DNA of 64,000 bases from Dendrobates tinctorius. Its lineage: Eukaryota. Below, piece by piece: positions 10,801 through 22,300 of the stretch. The position numbers and the translations under genes were made by a program. The DNA is taken from positions 18,290,001-18,354,000 of the forward strand of contig NW_027361696.1 in assembly GCF_039654945.1 (NCBI RefSeq), read 5' to 3'. The notes beneath the pieces are model-generated. The model had not been told where the DNA came from, did no database searches, and saw only the letters and a program-made list of their open reading frames with translations. The stretch's first letter is position 1, and every line of letters begins with the position of its first letter.

Positions 10801-13800
10801 CATGACAGAGCCTTGTGGTACCCCACTTGTAACCCGGGGCCAGCACAGAGCTTTGTAGTATCCCACTTGTAATACTGGGGCCAGGACAGAACCTTGTGGT
10901 CCTCACTTGTAAAACTGGGGCCAGGACAGAGCCTTGTGGTACCTCACTTGTTGAAATGTGGCCAGGTCAGAGCCTTGAGGTACCCCATTTGTAATACTAA
11001 GGCCAGGACAGAGCCTTGCGGTACCCCACTTGTAGCACTGGGGCCAGGACAGAGCCTTGTGGTACTCCACTTGTAACACTGGGACCAGGACAGAGCCTTG
11101 TGGTCACAACTTGTAGCACTGGGGCCAGGACAGAGCCTTGTGGCACCCCACTTGTAGTATTGGGGCCAGGACAGAGCCCTGTGGCACCACACTTGTAACA
11201 CTGGGGCCAGGTCAGAACCTTGTGGTACCCCACTTGTAATACTGAGGCAAGTACAGAGCCTTGTGGTACTCCACTTATAACACTGGGGCCAGGACAGAGT
11301 CTTGTGGTCCCCACTTGTAATACTGAGGCCAGGACAGAGCCTTGTGATACTCCAATTGTAGCACTAGGGCCAGGACAGAGCCCTGCGGTCCCTCCTGTAA
11401 CACTGGGGCCAGGACAGGGCCTTGTGGTTCCCCACTTGTAATACTGGGGCCAGGACAGAGACTTGTGTTCCCCAATTGCAATACTGGGGCCTGGAAAGAG
11501 CCTTGTGGTACCCAACTTGTAACACTGGGGCCAGAATAGAGCCTTGTGGTACCCCATTTGTAACACTGGGGCCAGGACAGAGCCTTGTGGTCCCCACGTG
11601 TAACACTGGGGCTATGACAGAGCCTTGTGGTCCCCACTTGTAACAATGGGGCCAGGACAGAGCCTTGTGGTACCCCACTTGCAACACTGGGGCCAGAACA
11701 AAGCCATGTGGTACCCCACTTGTAATACTGAGGCCAAGACAGAGTCTTGTGGTAACCCACTTGTGACACTGGGGCCAGGACAGAATCTTGTGGTCCCCCA
11801 CTTGTAATACTGGAACCAGGACACAGCCTTGTGGCACCCCACTTGGAGCACTGGGGCCAGGACAGAGCCTTGTGGGTACCTCACTTGTAATACTGGGGCC
11901 AGGACAGAGTTTTATGGTACCCCACTTGTAGTACTGAGGCCAGTATAGAGCCTTGAGATACTCCACTTGTAGTACTAGGGCCAGGACAGAGCCGTGCGGT
12001 CCCTCTTGTAATACTGGGGCCAGGACCGAGACTTGTGGTCCCCAATTATAATACTGGGGCCAGGAAAGAGCCTTCTGGTACTCCACTTGTAACACTGGGG
12101 CCAAAATTGAGCCTTGTGGTACCCCATTTGTAATACTGGAGCCATGACAGAGCCTTGTGGTCCCCACTTGTAACACTGGGGCCAGGACAGAGCCTTGTGG
12201 TTCCCCACTTGCAACACTGGGGCCAGAACAAAGCCATGTCGTACCCCACTTGTAATACTGAGGCCAAGACAGAGACTTGTGGTAACCCACTTTTGACACT
12301 GGGTCCAGGACAGAATCTTGTGGTCCCCCACTTGTAATACTGGAGCCAGGACACAGCCTTGTGGCACCCCACTTGGAGCAGTGGGGCCAGGACAGAGCCT
12401 TGTAGCCCCCACTTGTAAAAACTGGGGCCAGGACAGAGCCTTGTGGGTACCTCACTTGTAATACTGGGGCCAAGACAGAGTTTTATGGTACCCCACTTGT
12501 AATACTGAGGCCAGGATAGAGCCTTGTGATACTCCACTTGTAGTACTAGGGCCAGGACAGAGCTGTGCGGTCCCTCTTGTAACACTGGGGCCAGGACAGA
12601 GCCTTGAGGTTCCTCACTTGTAATACTGGGGCCAGGACTGAGACTTGTGGTCCCCAATTATAATACTGGGGCCAGGAAAGAGCCTTGTGGTACCCCACTT
12701 GTAACACCGGGGCCAGGATAGAGCCTTGTGGTACCCGATTTGTAACACTGGGGCCAGGACAGAGCCTTGTGGTCACCACGTGTAACACTGGGGCTATGAC
12801 AGAGCCTTGTGGTCCCCACTTGCAACACTGGGGCCAGAACAAAGCCATGTGGTACCCCACTTGTAATACTGAGGCCAAGACAGAGTCTTGTGGTAACCCA
12901 CTTGTGACACTGGGGCCAGGACAGAATCTTGTGGTCCCCCACTTGTAATACTGGAGCCAGGACACAGCCTTGTGGCACCCCACTTGGAGCAGTGGGGCCA
13001 GGACAGAGCCTTGTAGTCCCCACTTGTAACACTGGGGCCAGGACAGAGCCTTGTGGGTACCTCACTTGTAATACTGGGGCCAGGACAGAGTTTTATGGTA
13101 CCCCACTTGTAATACTGAGGCCAGGATAGAGCCTTGTGATACTCCACTTGTAGTACTAGGGCCAGGACAGAGCCTTGAGGTCTCCACTTGTAATACTGGG
13201 GCTAGAACCTAGACTTGTGGTCCCCAATTATAATACTGGGGCCAGGACAGAGCCTTGTGGATCTCCACTTGCAACACTGGGGCCAGAACAAAGCCATGTG
13301 GCACCCCACTTGTAATATTGAGGCCAGGACAGAGCCTTGTGGTACCCCATTTGTAACACTGGGGCCAGGACAGAGCCATGTGGTACCCAACTTGTAATAC
13401 TGAGGCTAGGACAGAGCCTTGTGGCACCCCACTTGTAGCAGTGGGGCCAGGACAGAGCCTTGTAGTTCCCACTTGTAACTGAGGCCAGGACAGAGCCTTG
13501 TAGTCCCCACTTGTAATACTTAGGCCAGGACAGAGCCTTGTGGGTACCTCACTTGTAATACTGGGGCCAGGACAGAGCCTTGGGGTACCCCATTTGTAAC
13601 ACTGGGGCCAGGACAGAGCCTTGTAATCCCCAAGTGTAACACTGGGGCCAGGACAGAGACTTGTGGTCCCTACTTGTAACCCTAGGGCCAGGACTGAGCC
13701 TTGTGGTACCCCACTTGTAACACTGGGGCCAGGACAGAATCTTGTGGTATTCCACTTGTAATACTGGAGCCAGGACACAGCCTTGTGGTCACCACGTGTA

Positions 13801-16115
13801 ACACTGGGGCTATGACAGAGCCTTGTGGTCCCCACTTGCAACACTGGGGCCAGAACAAAGCCATGTGGTACCCCACTTGTAATACTGAGGCCAAGACAGA
13901 GTCTTGTGGTAACCCACTTGTGACACTGGGGCCAGGACAGAATCTTGTGGTCCCCCACTTGTAATACTGGAGCCAGGACACAGCCTTGTGGCACCCCACT
14001 TGGAGCAGTGGGGCCAGGACAGAGCCTTGTAGTCCCCACTTGTAACACTGGGGCCAGGACATAACCTTGTGGGTACTTCACTTGTAATACTGGGGCCAGG
14101 ACAGAGTTTTATGGTACCCCACTTGTAATACTGAGGCCAGGATAGAGCCTTGTGATACTCCACTTGCAGTACTAGGGCCAGGACAGAGCCTTGAGGTCTC
14201 CACTTGTAATACTGGGGCTAGAACCGAGACTTGTGGTCCCCAATTTTAATACTGGGGCCAGGACAGAGCCTTGTGGTACCCCACTTGTAACACTGGGGCC
14301 AGGACAGAGCCATGTGGTACCCAACTTGTAATACTGAGGCTAGAACAGAGCCTTGTGGCACCCCACTTGTAGCAGTGGGGCCAGGACAGAGCCTTGTAGT
14401 CCCCACTTGTAACTGAGGCCAGGACAGAGCCTTGTAGTCCCCACTTGTAATACTTAGGCCAGGACAGAGCCTTGTGGGTACCTCACTTGTAATACTGGGG
14501 CCAGGACAGAGCCTTGGGGTACCCCATTTGTAACAATGGGGCCAGGACAGAGCCTTCTAATCCCCAAGTGTAACACTGGGGCCAGGACAGAGACTTGTGG
14601 TCCCTACTTGTAACCCTAGGGCCAGGACTGAGCCTTGTGGTACCCCACTTGTAACACTGGGGCCAGGACAGAATCTTGTGGTATTCCACTTGTAATACTG
14701 GAGCCAGGACACGGTCTTGTGGCACCCCACTTGTAGCAGTGGGGCCAGGACAGAGCCTTGTGGGTACCCCACTTGTAATACTGGGGCCAGGACAGAGCCT
14801 TGAGGTACCTCAATTGTAACACTGGGGCCAGGGCAGAGCCTTGTGATCCCTAAGTGTAACACTGGGGCCAAGACAGAGACTTGTGGTACCCAACTTGTAA
14901 TACTGAGGCCAGGACAAAGCCTTGTGGCACCCCACTTGTAATACTGGAGCCAGGACACAGCTTTGTGGCACCCCACTTGTAGCAGTGGGGCAAGGACAGA
15001 GCCTTGTGGTCCCCACTTGTAATACTGAGGCCAGGAAAGAGCCTTGTGGTACCCCATTTGTAACACTGGGGCCAGGACAGAGCCTTGTGGTCCCCACTTG
15101 TAACACTGGGGCCAGGACAGAGCCTTGTGGTTCCCACTTGTAATACTGGGGCTAGGACAGAACGTTGCGGTCCTCACTTATAACACTGGGGCCAGGACAG
15201 AGCCATGTGGTACCCCACTTGTAACACTGGAGCCAGGACAGAGCCATGTGGTACCCCACTTGTAACACTGGAGCCAGGACAGAGCCTTGTGGTCCCCACT
15301 TGTAATACTGAGGCCAGTACAGTGCCGTGTGGTACCCCTCTTGAAACACTGGGGCCAGGACAGAGCATTGTGGTACCCCACTTGAAACATTGGAGGCAGG
15401 ACACAGCCTGGTGGCACCACACTTGTAGCACTGGGGCCAGCACAGAGCATTGTGGTCCCCACTTGTAACACTGGGGCCAGGACAGAGCCTTATGGTCCCC
15501 ACTTGTAACACTGGGGCCAGGACAGAGCCTTATGGTCCCCACATGTAGCAGAGGGGCCAGGACAGAGCCTTATGGTCCCCACATGTAGCAGAGGGGCCAG
15601 GACAGAGCCTTATGGTCCCCACATGTAGCAGAGGGGCCAGGACAGAGCCTTGTGGTCCCCACTTGCAACACTGTGGCCAGGACAGAGCCTTGTGGTCCCC
15701 ACTTATAATACTGGGGCCAGGACAGAGCCTGTGGTCCCCACTTGAAACACTTCCAATTGGATGTGTAACCATTTATTATCACTGTTTGAGTGCGCTCACT
15801 GAGCCAGTTATTAATCCACCTAACCGTAGCCTTGTCAATCCCATACTTGACCATTTTTTTTAAAAAGGATAGTATAAGTATGAGATACTTTATCTTATCA
15901 ATCTTTATTAATGCTTTTGCTGAAATTGACATATACTAAATCTACCGCATTTCCCTTATCCACCCAGTCAGTGATTCCATCATAGAAGGAAATTAGATTA
16001 GTCTGGCATGGCTACTTACTGGCTGTGTAATAATGTGTTAAAAGACCTTTCCTGGTATAGGAGTAAGGCTCTCTGGCCTGTAATTTCCTGGCTCCGCCTT
16101 CTTCCCATGTTTGAA
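7809..16115 (-). mobile_element. 5'-truncated dead CR1 LINE split by a ~7 kb internal minisatellite
   Basis: CATAGAAT tail at 7811. ORF2 pieces 8275-8559 (CEKDLD..LHMSQQC..RPHLEY), LFNIFINDLD near 8700 and VRWINNWLSERTQTVIING near 15800. The FADD motif is degenerate. Confidence 0.92.
8722..15750. repeat. 40-41 bp minisatellite (~170 copies) derived from CR1 RT coding sequence
   Basis: Unit ACTTGTAACACTGGGGCCAGGACAGAGCCTTGTGGTACCCC; the minus strand reads GVPQGSVLAPVL. Confidence 0.97.
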
Positions 16116-16289
16116 GAAAAGTATCCCAGCAGCACAGAGTATTTCGGGACAAGAGAGCTAATCTTCTGGAGCAGGGCTCACGGCAGCACAGAGTATTTCA
16201 GCACACAGGCATACCTGCACAGTGACACTTACTTGTGGAGGGGGAGAATGAATGTCCCGGCTGTGGGGTGAGGATACAGGATGACAGGC

Positions 16290-16800
16290 AGAGGGGAGGA
16301 AGGGGTTAAGCGGCAGCGCAGAGCGCACGGTGTGCCGGCTTCATTGCTATAGCAACCGCAGGGCGTTAGGGGAAAGATCACGTGAGGCGTTAGGGGCGGG
16401 CTCTAGAAGGTATCCATAGCTATGCTGACAGGGAGACCGGACTGCCAGTCAAGGACGGTAGCCGCTGATTGGAGGAGACCGCTGTCAGTCAGCCGGGTTC
16501 GGAGACGGTTGATGGGCGGGGCTTGCGGTTTGCCTTCCGGTTCCGTCTGTGAGGTGAGATTCAGGCCGTGATGGGACGGTGAGCGGAGCCGGGAGCGGAG
16601 TCAGGAGCAGCCCCCACACGGGAGGACGCAGCGAGCGGCCAGGGAGGAGGTGAGGCGGGGTCTGAGCGCGGAGGAGCAGCCGCGGCGCCGGTTACATCAT
16701 GTCCGGTTATGTCACCTGCAGCCGCCTGTCCCGGGTGTCGTTCACGGTCGTGTGTATGTGACAGTGCAGGGCCGCGGTCACACTATGGACAGCTCACAGA
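16290..16800. promoter_or_regulatory. CpG-island promoter of DNAJC16 (possibly bidirectional) with non-coding first exon
   Basis: CpG-rich; GC boxes near 16393 and 16514; E-box CACGTG near 16379; inverted CCAAT near 16468; ETS-like CTTCCGG near 16534; X-box-like ATTGCTATAGCAAC 16343-16356; plus-strand donor GAG|GTGAGA at 16554. Confidence 0.7.
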
Positions 16801-16964
16801 CAAAACGCAAGAAGACCGCAGGAGGAGCAGATCCCTGCAGTGAGGTCGTGTCCTGCTCTGTCCTCATTCACACTGCTGTCGGCTGACACAGAGTTGGGGC
16901 CATGGCTGCACCGAACAATGATATTATATAACCAGATAACTGTCACTGTCTACCTGTCCTATCA

Positions 16965-17470
16965 CCGTCTACCCGTCTAATAACTGTCGCCGTCTACCCG
17001 TTCTACCACGGCGTCACCGTCTACCCGTCCTATAATTGGCGCCGTCTACCCGTTCTACCACGGCGTCACCATCTACCCGTCCTATAATTGGCGCCGTCTA
17101 CCCGTTCTACCACGGCGTCACCGTCTACCCGTTCTACCACGGCGTCACCGTGTACCCGTCCTATAACTGTCGCCGTCTACCCGTTCTACCACGGCGTCGC
17201 CGTCTACCCGTTCTACCACGGCGTCGCCGTCTACCCGTCCTATAATTGTCGCCGTCTACCCGTTCTACCACGGCGTCACCGTCTACCCGTCCTATAATTG
17301 TCGCCGTCTACCCGTTCTACCACGGCGTCGCCGTCTACCCGTTCTACCACGGCGTCACCGTGTACCCGTCCTATAACTGTCGCCGTCTACCCGTTCTACC
17401 ACGGCGTCACAGTGTACCCGTCCTATAACTGTCGCCGTCTACCCGTTCTACCACGGCGTCGCCGTCTATC
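16965..17470. repeat. Compound minisatellite of CCGTCTACCCGT-based subunits (~21-26 bp)
   Basis: Interleaved GCCGTCTACCCGTTCTACCACGGCGTC and CCGTCTACCCGTCCTATAACTGTC units. Confidence 0.9.
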
Positions 17471-17749
17471 CCTGTTGCAGCTTTTACTCTTTTGTGATCC
17501 CTAAGCCCTTGGTTATTTCCTGCGCTATTATTATTTACTGCAGGGGATTTGTGCATTTTGTTTTTTTGGGTGCAGTTTGACTATGGGGGGGGCAGCGAAG
17601 TCCATAGTAACACACAGACATTCATCATGTACTGCATCAGAATATGGCGATGTGCACGGCTGCCCCGACCATCGCGGCACAATGTCTGCAATAATTATCT
17701 GCATCTTGTGCGGGTAACTCCTGATATACAATGTCCCCAGCTCGCGGCA

Positions 17750-19165
17750 CTTCTGGCAGTGGGGGGGAGAGGGCATGTCCCCGGCGTGGCACCTCCTGGC
17801 AGTGGGGGGGGAGGGGGCATGTCCCCGGCGTGGCACCTCCTGGCAGTGGGGGGGGGAGGGGGCATGTCCCCGGCGTGGCACCTCCTGGCAGTGGGGGGGG
17901 GGAGGGGGCATGTCCCCGGCGTGGCACCTCCTGGCAGTGGGGGGGGGGAGGGGGCATGTCCCCGGCGTGGCACCTCCTGGCAGTGGGGGGGGGAGGGGGC
18001 ATGTCCCCGGCGTGGCACCTCCTGGCAGTGGGGGGGGGAGGGGGCATGTCCCCGGCGTGGCACCTCCTGGCAGTGGGGGGGGGGAGGGGGCATGTCCCCG
18101 GCGTGGCACCTCCTGGCAGTGGGGGGGGGAGGGGGCATGTCCCCGGCGTGGCACCTCCTGGCAGTGGGGGGGGGAGGGGGCATGTCCCCGGCGTGGCACC
18201 TCCTGGCAGTGGGGGGGGGAGGGGGCATGTCCCCGGCGTGGCACCTCCTGGCAGTGGGGGGGGGGAGGGGGCATGTCCCCGGCGTGGCACCTCCTGGCAG
18301 TGGGGGGGGGGAGGGGGCATGTCCCCGGCGTGGCACCTCCTGGCAGTGGGGGGGGGGAGGGGGCATGTCCCCGGCGTGGCACCTCCTGGCAGTGGGGGGG
18401 GAGGGGGCATGTCCCCGGCGTGGCACCTCCTGGCAGTGGGGGGGGGAGGGGGCATGTCCCCGGCGTGGCACCTCCTGGCAGTGGGGGGGAGGGGGCATGT
18501 CCCCGGCGTGGCACCTCCTGGCAGTGTGTGGGAGGGGGCATGTCCCCGGCGTGGCACCTCTGGCAGTGTGTGGGGGGGGGGGGGGCTTGTCCCCGGCGTG
18601 GCACCTCTGGCAGTGTGTGTGTGGGGGGGGGGCTTGTCCCCGGCGTGGCACCTCTGGCAGTGTGTGTGTGGGGGGGGGGGGGGGCTTGTCCCCGGCGTGG
18701 CACCTCTGGCAGTGTGTGTGTGGGGGGGGGGGGGGGGCTTGTCCCCGGCGTGGCACCTCTGGCAGTGTGTGGGGGGGGGGGGCTTGTCCCCGGCGTGGCA
18801 CCTCTGGCAGTGTGTGGGGGGGGGGGGGGCTTGTCCCCGGCGTGGCACCTCTGGCAGTGTGTGGGGGGGGGGGCTTGTCCCCGGCATGGCACCTCTGGCA
18901 GTGTGTGTGGGGGGGGGGGGCTTGTCCCCGGCATGGCACCTCTGGCAGTGTGTGTGGGGGGGGGGCTTGTCCCCGGCATGGCACCTCTGGCAGTGTGTGT
19001 GGGGGGGGGGGCTTGTCCCCGGCGTGGCACCTCTGGCAGTGTGTGTGGGGGGGGGGGCTTGTCCCCGGCGTGGCACCTCTGGCAGTGTGTGTGTGGGGGG
19101 GGGGGGCTTGTCCCCGGCGTGGCACCTCTGGCAGTGTGTGTGTGTGGGGGGGCTTGTCCCCGGCG
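17750..19165. repeat. G-rich ~45 bp minisatellite (~30 copies) in DNAJC16 intron 1
   Basis: Unit GTCCCCGGCGTGGCACCTC(C)TGGCAGT plus long G runs. Confidence 0.95.
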
Positions 19166-19348
19166 CGTAGCACCTATCGCTGTTGGATACTTCCTTTATG
19201 TAGCTCCGGATGTAACTGGGGCATGAGCCATGATGTAACCGCACATTTCCTTTCTGCAGCTCTGGATATGACTGGAGCAGGGTCATTTCTGCTGTGACTT
19301 GAAGCTTTATTACAAATTGTGACTTCTCTTTTCCAGTGACTGTGAGAC

Positions 19349-22300
19349 ATGGGCCACCGAAAACTGCGCCTCCTCTGGCAGTTTCTGGTATTTCTAATCC
19401 TCGCTCTCAAGATCCTGTCAGCAGCCGACTTTGACCCGTACCGAGTTCTCGGCGTGAGCCGGACGGCGAGCCAGGCGGACATTAAGAAAGCCTACAAGAA
19501 GCTGGCCAGAGAGTGGTGGGTGCCATCAGTGCGGCCGTGTCTTTATAGCACACCCCCTGTAATGACCTCCGCCATATTGGGACTCCGTCTGTCCTGGACT
19601 CTCCATAATTATTATAGTAGAGCCTATAAAAGTCAGAAATGTCTGACCATTATCAATATTGCGGCAGCGCTGGGTTGTCTCCGGTTTTCTACCTGCTATT
19701 TTGAGTTTGGAGCTTACTTTATTTGTAATAAATGTCTCATTTCAGGCATCCGGATAAGAATAAGAACCCGGGAGCGGAAGATAAATTCATCCAAGTCAGC
19801 AAAGCGTATGAGGTACGAGACTGAGTGCGTAGCGCAGCGATGTAACGTTGCACAGGGCGCATCAGCGTGGCGCGATGCTCAATCACTGGAGCTGAGCTGT
19901 AATGTGAGACCTCGCAGGACAGTAGTCTGTGTCCTCTGAGAAGCTGCCATGATTTTCTGATCCATACTGGGGTCTGTAGTTTCCACTGCTCGATTGTAGA
20001 GTTACACATCTGTAGCATTAATATTCTGTAACCTCCGATTATTTAGATTCTTTCAAACGAAGAAAAGAGGACGAACTATGACCGTTATGGAGACGTAGGA
20101 GAGAACCAGGGTTACTCCCAGCAGCAGCACCATCACTTCCGCCATTTTCACGACAGCTTCTACTTTGATGAGTCGTTCTTCCACTTTCCCTTTAATTCGG
20201 AGCACAGGGATTCCACCGATGAAAAGTATCTCCTGCAGTTCTCCCACTACATCAACGAGGTGGTCCCCGATAGCTTCCGCAAACCTTACCTCATCAAGAT
20301 CACCTCCGACTGGTGCTTCAGCTGCATCCACATCGAGCCCGTGTGGAAGGAGGTGGTTCAGGAATTGGAAGGGATAGGTATGTATACCCCAGAGCTGCAC
20401 TCACTATTCTGCTTGTGCAATCACTGTGTTCATACATTACATTACTGATCCTGAGTTACATCCTGTATACTCCAGAGCTGCACTCACTATTCTGCAGGTG
20501 CAGTCACTGTGTACATACATCACATCACTGATCCTAAGTTACATCCTGTATTATACCCCAGAGCTGCACTCACTATTCTGCTGGTGCAGTCACTGTGTAC
20601 ATACATTACGTTACTGATCCTGAGTTACATCCTGTATTATACACCAGAGCTGCACTCACTTTTCTGCTGGTGCAGTCAGTGTGTACATACATTACATTAC
20701 TGATCCTGAGTTACGTTCTGTATTATACCCCAGAGCTGCACTCACTATTTTAATGGTGCAGTCACTGTGTACATACATTACATTACTGATCCTGAGTTAC
20801 GTTCTGTATTATGCTCCAGAGCTGCGCTCACTATTCTGCTGGAGCAGTCGTACACACATGCAGTGATTTCTTATGCGGCTGACGTTTTGGGTTTCCAGGT
20901 GTTGGCATAGGAGTGGTGCATGCTGGGTACGAGAGGCGGCTGGCTCACCATCTTGGCGCACACAGTACCCCATCCATTTTGGGAGTGATTAATGGGAAGA
21001 TCTCCTTCTTTCACAATGCCGTGTTACGAGAGAACCTGCGACACTTTGTAGAAAGTTTACTACCAGGGAATCTGGTGGACAAGGTGAGCGCTGCTCCGGG
21101 GGTGGGATATATCCGGACGTACTTGGAATATTCCCACACTCTCCTGTTGTCTCTTCCAGATCACAGATAAGAACTACGTCCACTTCTTGTCTGGCTGGCA
21201 GCAGAAGAATAAGCCGCACGTCCTCCTGTTCGATCAGATGTCTCCTGTGCCACTGATCTACAAGGTGAGGGCCACAGTAGTCCTGTCTGTATGATGATGT
21301 GACAGAGGACTGTAATACGAGGTCCGACCTCTGGGTCAGCTCCCAGTCTGAATAACATTGGGCGTCAGACTTTTTGGCATTTTCTGGTCCTCCATGGTGA
21401 TGTGTTGTATGTCCCTGGACCGGAGCAATGATGTGCAGTTGCCTCTGCTGATAATGGCGGGCATAAAATTCCTGCCATTCTCCCCATCACCTTTGTTTCT
21501 GCAGCTGACTGCCTTCGCCTACAAGGATTACCTGTCGTTTGGATACGTGGACCTAGGCCAGAGGGAGACGGAGCAGATGAGCAGTCAGTACAATATTAAC
21601 ATGTACGCGCCCACAATGCTGGTCTTCAAGGAGCACATTCACAAGCCGGCCGACGTGGTGCAGGTAACTATGATGCCAAGCTACTATAGGGCACGTGGGT
21701 TTGGGGGGGACTGGAGACCCCCTGGTGGTTTTGTTTGTACGGTTGTCCTTTTGCTGAATTGTTGGGGTCAAGAAAGGAGGAAAAAATATATGAAAAATTG
21801 ATACTCACATCTCCTCCGCTCTTGGCACCGCAGCATACCGGTCTGATCTCTTTCGGGGCACAACATCCTCTTCGGGCAGCTATACCATACCATGACTTGG
21901 CAAATAATGAGCCTCTGATGTCATGACTTGTCTGCCTAGGAATAGTAAAAGTCAGAAGGTCAGATGCCCCAAGAGGGTGTTGCACGCTGAATGTAATAAG
22001 CAGGACTGGTGTATTATGGAGAGGGGCAATGAAGAGCAGTCACTCTTCTCTGTTCCTCTGTACTGTTCTATGGGTGAGCTGGAAATCCACACTGGAAACT
22101 CTATGGGGGGCCATGTCTGCACCCCCGACTGGACCCTGGAGTAATTGGATCTCTTGAATACTTTTTGTCTTTAGGCACGTGGGATGAAGAAACAAGTAAT
22201 CGACGACTTCATCTCTACCAACAAGTTCCTGCTGGCCGCCCGGCTGACTAATCAGAAGCTATTTCAGGAACTGTGCCCTGTGAGGAAATCTCACCGTCAG

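Noticed and set aside
8654-15772. Dozens of ORFs (WPQCYKWG / GVPQGSVL repeats)
   Set aside because: Translations of the 40-41 bp minisatellite in shifting frames; not genes.
17531-19297. 479-582 aa Pro/Gly-rich ORFs in all six frames
   Set aside because: Stop-free GC-rich minisatellite within an intron.
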